Source of the DNA: Edaphobacter aggregans
GTDB taxonomy: Bacteria; Acidobacteriota; Terriglobia; Terriglobales; Acidobacteriaceae
Direction of reading: 5' to 3'
Assembly: GCF_003945235.1 (NCBI RefSeq)
Contig: NZ_RSDW01000001.1
Location: forward strand, 1,890,001-1,922,000
DNA: 32,000 nt
How positions within the stretch are numbered: the stretch's first letter is position 1; the number at the start of each line of letters is the position of its first letter. Position numbers and translations under genes: made by a program. Positions 1 to 8,903 of the stretch are shown in pieces. Under the pieces are notes generated by a model. That model had not been told where the DNA came from. It made no database searches and worked only from the letters and a program-made list of their open reading frames with translations.

Positions 1-216
1 ACGCAGCAGATACGGACTTATTGCGAGCTGTCGTCGGATGCGGAGCGGTTGCTGGAGAGGGCGATGCAGCAGCAGGGGTTGAGCGCGCGGGCGCATGACC
101 GGATACTGAAGGTCGCGCGGACGATTGCCGATCTGGCTGGGGAAGCGATGATCGCGGTACCGCATATTGCTGAGGCGATTCAGTATAGGACCTTGGATCG
201 GAGTTATTGGGCGTGA
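1..216 (+). CDS. 3' end of a YifB/ComM-family Mg-chelatase-like AAA+ ATPase (5' part outside window)
   Basis: Frame 1 is open from base 1 to TGA at 214-216. The translation ...[45 protein letters not shown] matches the C-terminal motif of YifB/ComM proteins (S-x-R-x(3)-RIL-[KR]-VARTIADL ... H-x(2)-EA-x-QYR). Confidence 0.7.
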   Translation, partial: TQQIRTYCELSSDAERLLERAMQQQGLSARAHDRILKVARTIADLAGEAMIAVPHIAEAIQYRTLDRSYWA

Positions 217-695
217 AGTTATTGATTTGACAGGGTCAAAAAATCCTATTTCTGGAATATCATTATTGGTGGGTTCCCAAAATAAGTATTGACCTGAGCG
301 CTCGAACAAGCTATTTTTCTTAAGTGTCGAAGCTGCTCTGGTTGATGGATCTTCCCAACGACAAGTAGGGGTGGTTGACACAAGCGTCTGGTTTTGCTGG
401 ACGTTCACTGCTTTTTCTGTTTCACGCCTGGGTGCTGACCCCTGAACGACATGGGAGTGACAGGTTTGTGCAGACGTAGTCGAGGTTTGACTGCGAGGCG
501 GATTCTTGTCTGCCAGATTGGCACATAAGGATTTGATTTGAGAGATTTACGGAAGTTTTAGAATCCGCAGGCACTTGGTTTGCGTCTAACAGTTGGTATG
601 CAGCGCTTGAAAGAGGCTGCTCAAGAACGAAGAAAATTTTGAGGCGAGTGAGCGCTATAAGACGCTTTTGCCTTGAAGACTGAAAAGGAGAAACT

Positions 696-914
696 ATGCG
701 CTCAGATCTTATTTTTGGAGCCCTCACGCACGTCACAAACCGGTATGAGCTGTGCCAGTTGGCGTCGAAGGCAACCCGTAAGCTGCACAAGCCGAATACT
801 CGTTTGCAGGACACGACGAATGAAGTTCTCGATCGCTTCAAGGACACCGTTCCGATGGGTGAATCTGAAGCAGTTGTAGAGAAGGTACATGTTCAGGAAC
901 GCCGCGCAGCTTAA
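696..914 (+). CDS. Small 72-aa protein with an RNA polymerase omega (RpoZ)-like core motif
   Basis: ATG at 696 is preceded by AAGGAG (685-690) with a 5-nt spacer. The stop TAA (912-914) lies in the loop of an intrinsic terminator. The segment NRYELCQLASKATRKLHKP follows the omega pattern N-R-[FY]-x-L-[VC]-x-x-A-x-K-x-[AT]-R-x-L. The functional call is by motif only. Confidence 0.6.
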   Translation: MRSDLIFGALTHVTNRYELCQLASKATRKLHKPNTRLQDTTNEVLDRFKDTVPMGESEAVVEKVHVQERRAA

Positions 915-927
915 CGCGCGGCTTTTT
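901..927 (+). terminator. Rho-independent terminator closing the small omega-like ORF
   Basis: GCCGCGC (901-907) pairs perfectly with GCGCGGC (916-922). The loop is 8 nt (agcttaac) and is followed by TTTTT (923-927). Confidence 0.75.
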
Positions 928-1075
928 CCTCTTACGCACAACCCACTATCTGCAGTACAATCCATCCTCAGTACAAATTCTCCTTACAATTGGCCTTCCG
1001 CACGACCCCCTCGTCAAGCAGATCCCGCCTCAGTTCCAAACAATCCCTCCTAAATTACAAAATTCCAGGTAAAAC
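928..1075 (+). promoter_or_regulatory. C-rich/G-poor rho leader, a candidate rut-like autoregulatory region; it must also hold the rho promoter if the terminator at 901-927 is efficient
   Basis: Hand count gives 55 C against 15 G in 148 nt, although the surrounding + strand is G-rich. TACAA motifs recur at 956, 972, 985 and 1056. CAGTACAA is repeated at 953-960 and 969-976. I could not identify a convincing -35/-10 pair. Confidence 0.35.
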
Positions 1076-2326
1076 ATGACGATTTCTGAACTCAAAGAAC
1101 ACAATATTGCGGAGTTGGGCAAGCTCGCGCGTGGACTTGATATTGCCGGTACCAGCGGTCTGCGGAAGCAGGACCTGATCTTCAAGATTCTGCAGGCGCA
1201 GAGTGAGAAGGAAGGGCACATCTTCGCAGAAGGCGTGCTGGAGATCCTGCCGGACGGCTACGGCTTCCTGCGGTCGCCTGACTACAATTACCTGCCCGGT
1301 CCTGACGACATCTATGTCTCGCCTTCACAGATTCGCAAGTTCGATCTGAAGACGGGCGACACGATCAGCGGCAATGTGCGTCCGCCGCATGAGGGCGAGA
1401 AGTACTTCGCGCTAGTGAAGATCGAGGCGATTAACTTTGAGTCGCCGGAAGAGACGCGCAACAAGATTCTGTTCGACAACCTGACGCCGCTGTATGCGCA
1501 GGAGCGCGTGAAGATGGAGACCGTGCGTGAGCACATCTCAGGCCGCGTGATGGACCTGCTGACTCCGGTGGGCAAGGGGCAGCGTGGGTTGATTGTGGCT
1601 CCTCCGCGTACCGGTAAGACGATGCTGCTGCAGTCGATTGCGAACAGCATTACGTCGAATCATCCCGAGATCGTGCTGATCGTTTTGCTGATCGACGAGC
1701 GTCCGGAAGAAGTGACGGATATGCAGCGGTCGGTGAAGGGCGAGGTTATTTCGTCCACGTTCGATGAGCCGGCGGCGCGTCACGTACAGGTTGCCGAGAT
1801 GGTGATCGAGAAGGCGAAGCGGCTGGTCGAGCATAAGCGCGATGTCGTGATTCTGCTGGACTCGATTACGCGTCTGGCGCGTGCTTACAACACGATCGTT
1901 CCTCCTTCGGGCAAGGTGCTCTCAGGCGGTGTGGATTCGAATGCGCTGCAGCGGCCGAAGCGATTCTTCGGTGCGGCCCGTAATATCGAAGAGGGCGGTT
2001 CGCTCACGATTATTGCTACCGCCCTTGTTGATACCGGTTCGCGTATGGACGAAGTTATCTTCGAAGAGTTCAAGGGTACGGGCAACATGGAAGTGATCCT
2101 GGACCGCAAGCTTGTCGATAAGCGTGTGTTCCCGGCGATCGACATTCAGCGCTCCGGTACGCGTAAGGAAGAGTTGCTGATTCCGAAGGAAGACCTTCAG
2201 CGGATCTGGATTCTGCGTAAGGTGCTGAATCCGCTTTCGCCGGTTGAAGCCATGGAGTTGCTGACGGATAAGCTGGCGAAGACCAGGAACAACTCGGAGT
2301 TCCTGCATAATATGAGCTCGATCTAA
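1076..2326 (+). CDS. rho: Transcription termination factor Rho
   Basis: 416-aa ORF. It has an N-terminal Rho_N helix ([19 protein letters not shown]), an RNA-binding OB region ([14 protein letters not shown]), a Walker A motif (PPRTGKT) and the conserved block [38 protein letters not shown]. Confidence 0.97.
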   Translation: MTISELKEHNIAELGKLARGLDIAGTSGLRKQDLIFKILQAQSEKEGHIFAEGVLEILPDGYGFLRSPDYNYLPGPDDIYVSPSQIRKFDLKTGDTISGNVRPPHEGEKYFALVKIEAINFESPEETRNKILFDNLTPLYAQERVKMETVREHISGRVMDLLTPVGKGQRGLIVAPPRTGKTMLLQSIANSITSNHPEIVLIVLLIDERPEEVTDMQRSVKGEVISSTFDEPAARHVQVAEMVIEKAKRLVEHKRDVVILLDSITRLARAYNTIVPPSGKVLSGGVDSNALQRPKRFFGAARNIEEGGSLTIIATALVDTGSRMDEVIFEEFKGTGNMEVILDRKLVDKRVFPAIDIQRSGTRKEELLIPKEDLQRIWILRKVLNPLSPVEAMELLTDKLAKTRNNSEFLHNMSSI

Positions 2327-2368
2327 GAGCTCTCGAGATCATCGGGTCCGGGTGGTACTGGTCCGATG

Positions 2369-2409
2369 AAAAGAGGCGCGGTTCATATGGGCTGCGCCTC
2401 TTTTGTTTG
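2369..2409. terminator. Bidirectional intrinsic terminator between convergent rho and the SDR gene
   Basis: AAAAGAGGCGC (2369-2379) pairs with GCGCCTCTTTT (2394-2404). The + strand trailer is TTTTGTTT, and the A-run on the left provides a U-tract for the - strand. Confidence 0.8.
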
Positions 2410-2418
2410 CAGGGGAGA

Positions 2419-3168
2419 TTAGCGGAAGCCGCCGGAGGCATTGACGATTTCGCCGGTGAGCCAGTAAGAGTCGTTCGAGGCGAAGAAAGCGACAATGGGT
2501 GCAATGTCACTGGGTTGGCCGATACGACCGAGGGGCGTCTCGGCTTCGCGCTTTTTCTGCATATCTCCGCCTATCATTCCCACTGTATGGGTACCTTCGG
2601 TTTCGGTGAGGCCAGGGTTGACGGAGTTGACGCGAATCTTTCTAGGTGCGAGCTCCTTGGCCAGTACGCCGGTAATGGCGTCGACTGCGGCTTTGGTGGC
2701 CGTGTAAATGGCGCTGCCGGGAGGGGTGTAGGACGATACGGTCGAGCCGATATTGATGATGCTTCCGCCTTGCTCGCCGAAGAGTTTTGCTGCTTCGCGG
2801 CTGACGAGAAGAAGGCCAAGAACGTTGGTATTGAAGTGGCGGTGGAACTCCTCTTCAGTGACTTGATCGAGCGTGCCGAATTTAAAGACACCTGCGTTGT
2901 TGACGAGGATGTCGAGCTGGCCGAAGGCCTTCTTCGTCTCAGCGAAGAGACGCTCGATGTCAGTGGCCTTAGCTACATCCGCCTGAACGGCTATCGCTTT
3001 ACCTCCGCTGGAGGTGATTTGAGTTACGGTGTCTTCCGCACCTTTGCTACTGGACGCGTAATTGATGACGACAGCAGCTCCTTCTTTGGCGAGTTCGCGC
3101 GCAATGGCTGCTCCGATTCCCTTTGAGGCTCCTGTGACGACAGCGACTTTACCTGTTAGCTTGCCCAA
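2419..3168 (-). CDS. Short-chain dehydrogenase/reductase (FabG-like SDR oxidoreductase)
   Basis: 249 aa with a TTG start preceded by GGAAGGA. It carries the cofactor motif TGASKGIG, an NNAG motif and the catalytic Y-x(3)-K (YTATK). Confidence 0.9.
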   Translation of the reverse strand: MGKLTGKVAVVTGASKGIGAAIARELAKEGAAVVINYASSSKGAEDTVTQITSSGGKAIAVQADVAKATDIERLFAETKKAFGQLDILVNNAGVFKFGTLDQVTEEEFHRHFNTNVLGLLLVSREAAKLFGEQGGSIINIGSTVSSYTPPGSAIYTATKAAVDAITGVLAKELAPRKIRVNSVNPGLTETEGTHTVGMIGGDMQKKREAETPLGRIGQPSDIAPIVAFFASNDSYWLTGEIVNASGGFR

Positions 3169-3271
3169 TTTCCTTCCCTTCTGGATTTCCCAGCTTCACG
3201 TTTTAATAAGCTTCTAATGGATGAGGGAAGAAACAAAAGGATTCGTGTAGCAAGTTTTGTCTCTGGCGATC

Positions 3272-3856
<585 letters not shown>

Positions 3857-3873
3857 AATTCGTCCTTTGATGG

Positions 3874-4545
3874 CTAGTAGCCGTTGGCCATGAGGTATTG
3901 CTCGGTCAGGGTAAAGCTTTCGGCGGTTTGTTTTTGCTGGCGTTCGGCATATTTGCTGAGGACGTCTACTTCGATGTTTAAGGGGTCGCCGGAGGTAAGG
4001 GTGCGGAGGCTGGTGGAGGCGTAGGTGTGGGGGATGATGGCGATGGTGACCTCGTTGTCGTAGATGGCGGCTACGGTGAGGCTGATGCCTTCGATGGTGA
4101 TGGAGCCTTTTTCGACGACGTAGGGGGTGAGGGTGGGTGGGATGGTGAGGCGGAGACGGTAGTCGGTGGTGTCGGGCTGGTCGGGGTGGAGGGGGTCGAG
4201 GGCGAGGAGGGTAGCAGTGCCGTCGACGTGGCCCTGGACTACGTGGCCGCCGAGGGGGGAGCCGGCGGGGGTGGGGAGTTCGAGGTTGACGATGGATTCG
4301 GGGCGAAGGTGCGAGAGGGTGGTGCGGGCGATGGTCTCGGCGGCGAGGTCGGCGGAGAAGCGTGGGGGGAAGGCATTGGGCTCGATGTCGAGAGCGGTGA
4401 GGCAGACTCCGCTGACGGCTACGCTATCGCCGGTGTGGAGGCGGCTGACGAGTTCCGGCGAAGCGGCGATGGTGATGCGCGTTGTGCCCGCGGTAGGGGT
4501 GAGGCAGAGGAGGGTTCCTGTGGTTTCGATAAGGCCAGTGAACAT
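3874..4545 (-). CDS. ribE: Riboflavin synthase (alpha chain)
   Basis: 223 aa. The hallmark N terminus MFTGLIE is present. The two-barrel repeat is visible ([12 protein letters not shown] in the first half, [13 protein letters not shown] in the second). Confidence 0.93.
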   Translation of the reverse strand: MFTGLIETTGTLLCLTPTAGTTRITIAASPELVSRLHTGDSVAVSGVCLTALDIEPNAFPPRFSADLAAETIARTTLSHLRPESIVNLELPTPAGSPLGGHVVQGHVDGTATLLALDPLHPDQPDTTDYRLRLTIPPTLTPYVVEKGSITIEGISLTVAAIYDNEVTIAIIPHTYASTSLRTLTSGDPLNIEVDVLSKYAERQQKQTAESFTLTEQYLMANGY

Positions 4546-4666
4546 GGGTATAGGGTACTCATGGATCGGGAGAGGAACAACTCACCAAGCTCATGAACGC
4601 TTCTTGTGAGGTAGTTTCATGGAACTTCTCGATTTTGTTGGTGAGGGATTGTCTTTCTCGGCTGCT

Positions 4667-6292
4667 TTACCAGCGACATATCACGCCATCGTTACCGGCG
4701 CCGGTGCCGAGATTACAACTCCAGGGAAGTGGCGGCGTACGCGCGATGCCGAAGACGGCGCCATCCTTGATGGGGATGCTGCAGAGGTTGCTGGCATCGG
4801 CGTAGTCATAGATGCTGGGCAGCGCTTTGCAGGCTGGGATGCTGGCCGCGGGTGTAATCGGAACGGTCGTGCCGCCGGGCGCGAAGATAATCCGGTAGAG
4901 CGGCGCGTCGTCTGAGTAGACCTGGGGATCGTTGGGCCATGTATACGCGTGGGGAAAGACCATGTGAACCGTATCGTCGCCAATACATAGGGCATTCGGA
5001 TTGCCGGGATCAACGTGCTTGCATGTACCAAATGGAGGCTGCGTCGACTTATCCGGGATGCCTGTATATGGATTTATATAGTCGTAGGGAAAGGTGCAGA
5101 TATCGGAGTCACAATGCCCTTGCGGATTATCGACGAATCCGCGGAGCACGCAGCGATGATCGGTTTCGCTGCCAGGATTGATCCAGCACGCGCCATTTAC
5201 GGGGCAGTCGGAGTCTTTCGTACACATTGTCTTGTTGGTTGGGTAGTACTGGCTCGGATCACCGGCGCAGAAGGTCTTCCAGTTGTAGCAGGTGGGATCG
5301 GATATGTTGCAGTCCATCGCTGGTTCCGTGGGGAATTTGTACTTACCGCAGTTTGAGAAACAGGCTACGGTACCGTCCCCCCCTTGCGGCTTTCCGTTAT
5401 CGTCGAGGATGACGAAGCCGTAGTTTTTGCTGTAGGCGCCGCGCGTGGTGAGGTCGGCGCGCGTAAGCCGGAACGCTTCCGGACACCGGTTGTCCGCTCG
5501 CAGATCGTCTCCGTGAACTGAGAGAGGAGAGTTCGGAGGGGTAACCCGGGAGTTGGTTAGCCAGAAGATGTTCTGGGGGGCTCCGGGGTCTTCAGCGCTA
5601 CCGCCTACCTCCTGGATATCTACGGTGAGGCTCACTCCATTGACTGCGCTGATATCGAAGTTGTCTTTATAGTAGGTGGCTCCGCTGGTCGATGTTGAAG
5701 TTTGATAAAAGGTCCACTCGGTGATGGTGGTGGCTCCCGGGGGTCCGAGCTTTGCCTTGCTGACGTCGTATACGCCGCCAGCTCCGCCGGTTTCGCACTG
5801 TGCCTTGTCCGCAGCGATGTCGTAACGGCAGCCGGTTCGTGCCCAGATATTCGGAGCGATGCTTCCCTTCGCTATGGTGGAGGCCCATGCTGGCGGTATA
5901 TCGATGGTCAGGACGTTGCCGTGGTTGGGTGCACCGACCGGTCCCATGACCCAGGTGCCTTCTCGTGGGAAGACCGAAGTGAGTGGCTGATTTGCAGAGG
6001 CGGCCGCATTCGCTGCGCCTAGCAATGTCTGGTCGGAACAGTTGACCAATTGCACGACTCTGACAGCGGGCGGTGTTGGCGCAGGTGCTGGCAGATTTTC
6101 CAGGCATGGATCTGGAGCCGGATTCCTGCGGCGGCGAGATTCCTGAGCGCGACCATCGACGACCCACAGCAACTGGAAGGCTAAGCTGAGCACGAAAGAG
6201 ATACGCGCAACTGCGAAGAAAAACTCACTCGACCAAGTTCGTTTACCGCGTTGAACTGACTGCGTTGGGAGTGGGGGGGCTTTGGTTGTCAT
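4667..6292 (-). CDS. Secreted, Cys-rich, expanded thaumatin-like (PR-5 family) protein
   Basis: 541 aa with an N-terminal hydrophobic signal/anchor (FFFAVARISFVLSLAFQLLWVV). Motifs occur in thaumatin/osmotin order: VQLVNCS, NIWARTGC, CETGGAGG, TTITEWTF, DNFDISAVNGVSLTVDI, ACFSNCGKYKF and the C-terminal FPHAYTWPNDPQ...YRIIFAP (compare CPDAYSYPQDDPTSTFTCP..NYRVIFCP). GGGAG lies 6 nt upstream of the ATG. Confidence 0.8.
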   Translation of the reverse strand: MTTKAPPLPTQSVQRGKRTWSSEFFFAVARISFVLSLAFQLLWVVDGRAQESRRRRNPAPDPCLENLPAPAPTPPAVRVVQLVNCSDQTLLGAANAAASANQPLTSVFPREGTWVMGPVGAPNHGNVLTIDIPPAWASTIAKGSIAPNIWARTGCRYDIAADKAQCETGGAGGVYDVSKAKLGPPGATTITEWTFYQTSTSTSGATYYKDNFDISAVNGVSLTVDIQEVGGSAEDPGAPQNIFWLTNSRVTPPNSPLSVHGDDLRADNRCPEAFRLTRADLTTRGAYSKNYGFVILDDNGKPQGGDGTVACFSNCGKYKFPTEPAMDCNISDPTCYNWKTFCAGDPSQYYPTNKTMCTKDSDCPVNGACWINPGSETDHRCVLRGFVDNPQGHCDSDICTFPYDYINPYTGIPDKSTQPPFGTCKHVDPGNPNALCIGDDTVHMVFPHAYTWPNDPQVYSDDAPLYRIIFAPGGTTVPITPAASIPACKALPSIYDYADASNLCSIPIKDGAVFGIARTPPLPWSCNLGTGAGNDGVICRW

Positions 6293-6395
6293 GGGTAGCT
6301 CCCGTATACGGAGATTCCGTTTTAGGGCCCAACAACTTCTGAATAGATATACCTTCGGGGAATGTCTGCACGGTATTCCCGAGGTCTATTCGCTG

Positions 6396-7601
6396 TCAAC
6401 ATGGCGGCTCGCCGTCAACCTGCGGCCATGGGTTGTGGAGGTAGCCGGTGATGCAGGCGTCAGGTTTTTCGGGTGAGCCGAAGGTGGTGCGGGTGACTCG
6501 GCGTAGGGATTGTGCGAAGAGGTAGGGGGAGGGGATGCCTTGGGCGAAGGGGATGGCTTGATCGCCTAGTTCGGTGTCGGAGTAGAAGAGAACGGCCTTG
6601 TCGACGAGGTTCTGGCGGAGGAAGGCTCCGTTGAGGTGGGAGCCGCACTCGAGCAGGAGGCTGAGGATGTTGCGCTCGGCTAGCGTGGCGAGGACGGCGG
6701 GGAGGCTGAGGCGTCCGGCGTAGTCCGGGATGTGGTCAACTTCGACGCCGAGGGAGCCAAGGGAGGCGGCTTTTGCAGTTGGGGCGAGTTCGCCGCAGAG
6801 GATGAGGAGATCGTTGTTTGCAGAGCGGATGAGCTGCGAGGTGAGGGGGATGCGTAGGTGGGTGTCGAGGATGACGCGAAGGAGGGGGCGGCGGCGGGGA
6901 AGCATGTTGGGGCCGAAGACACCGCTGCGGTCGGTGAGCTGGGGGTCGTCTGCGAGGACGGTGCCGATGCCAGTGAGGATGGCGTCGGAGGCGTGGCGTA
7001 GGAGTTGGACCTCGTAGCGGGCGGCGGGGCCGGTGAGCCAGTAGGGCTGATTGGGGTAGCGGCTGGCTGGGGGTGGGGCTAGTTTGCCGTCGACGGAGAG
7101 GGCGGCTTTGAGGGTGACGAAGGGGCTGCGGGTACGGATGAAGTGGGCGAAGGCTTCGTTGAGGTCGCGGGCTTGCTGCTGGAGGGTGCCCAGGGTGACT
7201 TCGATGTTGGCCGCGCGGAGCTTGGCGATTCCCTGGCCGCTTACGAGCGGGTTGGGGTCGGTGGTGGCGATGACGCAGCGGGCGATGTCGGCGGCGATGA
7301 GGGCGTCGGCGCAGGGACCGGTGCGGCCATGGTGGCTGCAGGGCTCGAGGGTGACGTAGGCGGTCGCTCCCTTTGTCGAGTGGTGGTGTTCGGCGGCTTG
7401 CTTGAGGGCTACGATCTCGGCGTGGTCGTAGTGGTCATAGAAGTGTGCGCCTTCGCCGATGATCTTGGCGTTTCCCCCGTCTGGCGGCGATTGTGTGATG
7501 ACGCAGCCTACCTGAGGATTGGGCGAGGCGAGGGCTACAGCCTCGGCGGCGAGCTTGAGTGCTCGCTGCATGAAGACTTCGTCTTGTGAGGCGGTAGCCA
7601 T
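6396..7601 (-). CDS. ribD: Bifunctional riboflavin biosynthesis protein RibD (pyrimidine deaminase / uracil reductase)
   Basis: 401 aa. The deaminase zinc motifs HAEIVAL and PCSHHGRTGPC are present, followed by a C-terminal reductase domain. Confidence 0.93.
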   Translation of the reverse strand: MATASQDEVFMQRALKLAAEAVALASPNPQVGCVITQSPPDGGNAKIIGEGAHFYDHYDHAEIVALKQAAEHHHSTKGATAYVTLEPCSHHGRTGPCADALIAADIARCVIATTDPNPLVSGQGIAKLRAANIEVTLGTLQQQARDLNEAFAHFIRTRSPFVTLKAALSVDGKLAPPPASRYPNQPYWLTGPAARYEVQLLRHASDAILTGIGTVLADDPQLTDRSGVFGPNMLPRRRPLLRVILDTHLRIPLTSQLIRSANNDLLILCGELAPTAKAASLGSLGVEVDHIPDYAGRLSLPAVLATLAERNILSLLLECGSHLNGAFLRQNLVDKAVLFYSDTELGDQAIPFAQGIPSPYLFAQSLRRVTRTTFGSPEKPDACITGYLHNPWPQVDGEPPC

Positions 7602-7690
7602 GTTATTTCCGAGGGTTTACCACTGCAATACTTGTTCTTTGTAAAGTATCTGCATTCCTTATGTTAGGTTTACATGCAAAACATGGTTCT

Positions 7691-7730
7691 AAAAGAGGAG
7701 GCCCCGGTTTTGGTCCCGGGGCTTCTTTTG
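7691..7730. terminator. Bidirectional terminator-type hairpin about 90 nt upstream of the ribD start
   Basis: A 10-bp stem pairs 7698-7707 (GAGGCCCCGG) with 7716-7725 (CCGGGGCTTC) and includes one G-U pair. The loop is 8 nt. The hairpin is flanked by AAAA (7691-7694) and TTTT (7726-7729). Confidence 0.6.
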
Positions 7731-7864
7731 CTCTCTGTATTTAGTATAGCGGTTTGAGTGGAATGACTATGCACGCGAATCTCCTTGATTGGTGAGGGGA
7801 TTTGCGTTTTGGGGTTGACAGATTTTTCGACGAGATTGGTCGAGGCGCGATGTTCAACAACAGT

Positions 7865-7903
7865 GCTCATCTTAGCGACAGTGAGGCAGTCGCTAAGATG
7901 AGC
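7865..7903 (-). terminator. Perfect 15-bp stem-loop 28 nt downstream of the stop of gene 7931-8860
   Basis: GCTCATCTTAGCGAC (7865-7879) pairs with GTCGCTAAGATGAGC (7889-7903) around a 9-nt loop. The trailing - strand sequence ACUGUUGUUG is only moderately U-rich, so terminator function is uncertain. Confidence 0.4.
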
Positions 7904-7930
7904 ACCGGACTAGAAACGGTTATTCCGAAA

Positions 7931-8860
7931 TCAGTGTGCGGTTACCATCAAGTAAGCGGTTCCTGATGCGGTAGGACATGGGTTAGGGTTTGACGTTGTT
8001 ACGGTGTAGTGAATGCTATTGCTCGAGCCCGATGGGATCGCAGATGTTTGCACTGTGCACACTGAACTGGTGTTGTTGATGGCCGCTTCTTTGCAAACCT
8101 GTACGGGGTTATTGCTGGCGTCAAGAAAGCCGCTGACCGAAAATCCTCTCTGACCAGACGTCCACTGAATTTTTTGTCCAACAACTGCGCTCATGGTGAT
8201 GGGCGTAGTTGTTGAATCCGTCGACGACCTGACGATAGGAGCGTTGGGGGTGTTTGTGTCGCACGATATGCCAGCCAACACTGCCGCCTGGTGTGTACCT
8301 GCGGCTGGAGGTGCAGCCCCAAGAGGTGCAGCAGCAGGAGTAGCAGCAGCAGGAGCAGCTGATGGAGAAGCAGCTGGCAGAGTGGGAAGACCTTCGCCTG
8401 GGTCCTTGCCGAAGGCAGTCTTTATGCTCCCAAAGGTTGTCTGTACAGCGTAGACGTCGTTGTTCGGTTGGGGATCATTTCCGGGATCACAAGCGGCCGG
8501 TTGACCACTGCTGGGATCTTTGCACAAATATACGTACTGCCCTTTATCAACCGCTACCGTACAGATTGATTTGTCGGCGTTATTCGGCATGCAGGGAGAG
8601 TCTGTTAGATAAGCGATGTTTATTCTTTGCAATGGGCCATCAGGGGTGCTGCGACCTACCCAATTGACGACATCATTCTTGCGTGGCATTACTTTAATCT
8701 GATCACTTTGCTGGTCTAGTTCAAGGGTGATGTAGTTGGGGCGAAAATGCGCGTCGAATAATAGTCCCAAGGCGAAGCCAAGGATGAAAACGCCAAGACA
8801 GGATGAGGCGATTAGGCCCCAGCGTGGTTTAGATTTCGTTTGGACAGTCTCGTCAGACAT
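7931..8860 (-). CDS. Membrane-anchored hypothetical protein with two Cys-containing extracytoplasmic domains joined by an Ala/Pro linker
   Basis: 309 aa with one N-terminal TM segment (WGLIASSCLGVFILGFALGLLF) and an AAPAAATPAAAPLGAAPPAAG linker. Both domains carry W...C...S-[IV]-C-T-V...Y...C. The gene starts 43 nt after the kinase stop on the same strand. Confidence 0.7.
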   Translation of the reverse strand: MSDETVQTKSKPRWGLIASSCLGVFILGFALGLLFDAHFRPNYITLELDQQSDQIKVMPRKNDVVNWVGRSTPDGPLQRINIAYLTDSPCMPNNADKSICTVAVDKGQYVYLCKDPSSGQPAACDPGNDPQPNNDVYAVQTTFGSIKTAFGKDPGEGLPTLPAASPSAAPAAATPAAAPLGAAPPAAGTHQAAVLAGISCDTNTPNAPIVRSSTDSTTTPITMSAVVGQKIQWTSGQRGFSVSGFLDASNNPVQVCKEAAINNTSSVCTVQTSAIPSGSSNSIHYTVTTSNPNPCPTASGTAYLMVTAH

Positions 8861-8903
8861 TTTGGTAGTCCTTTCAAATTTGGCGATAGAAGTGTGGAAC
8901 AGG

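Noticed and set aside
422-965. - strand ORFs 422-847 and 702-965 in the region upstream of rho
   Set aside because: They overlap the + strand 72-aa ORF, which has a consensus SD and its own terminator. They have no RBS and their translations are featureless.
7659-7669. TTATGTTAGGT, a 9/11 match to the XerD arm of dif
   Set aside because: No matching XerC arm lies at the required 6-nt spacing (the upstream sequence is AAAGTATCTG-CATTCC). The site is about 5.6 kb from the skew switch. It is probably a chance half-site.
7670-7870. 66-aa - strand ORF in the gap between gene 7931-8860 and ribD
   Set aside because: It starts inside one hairpin and runs through another. The translation is featureless. 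Only its last 32 codons have an SD-like element, which is noted in the findings as a low-probability leader peptide.
7602-7930. FMN (RFN) riboswitch expected upstream of ribD
   Set aside because: I read the - strand by eye and found none of the conserved core strings (for example GGGUGAAAUUCCC or ACCGGCGGU). The segment is G-poor on the relevant strand. The 121-nt gap 4546-4666 upstream of ribE also lacks them. A covariance-model scan would be decisive.
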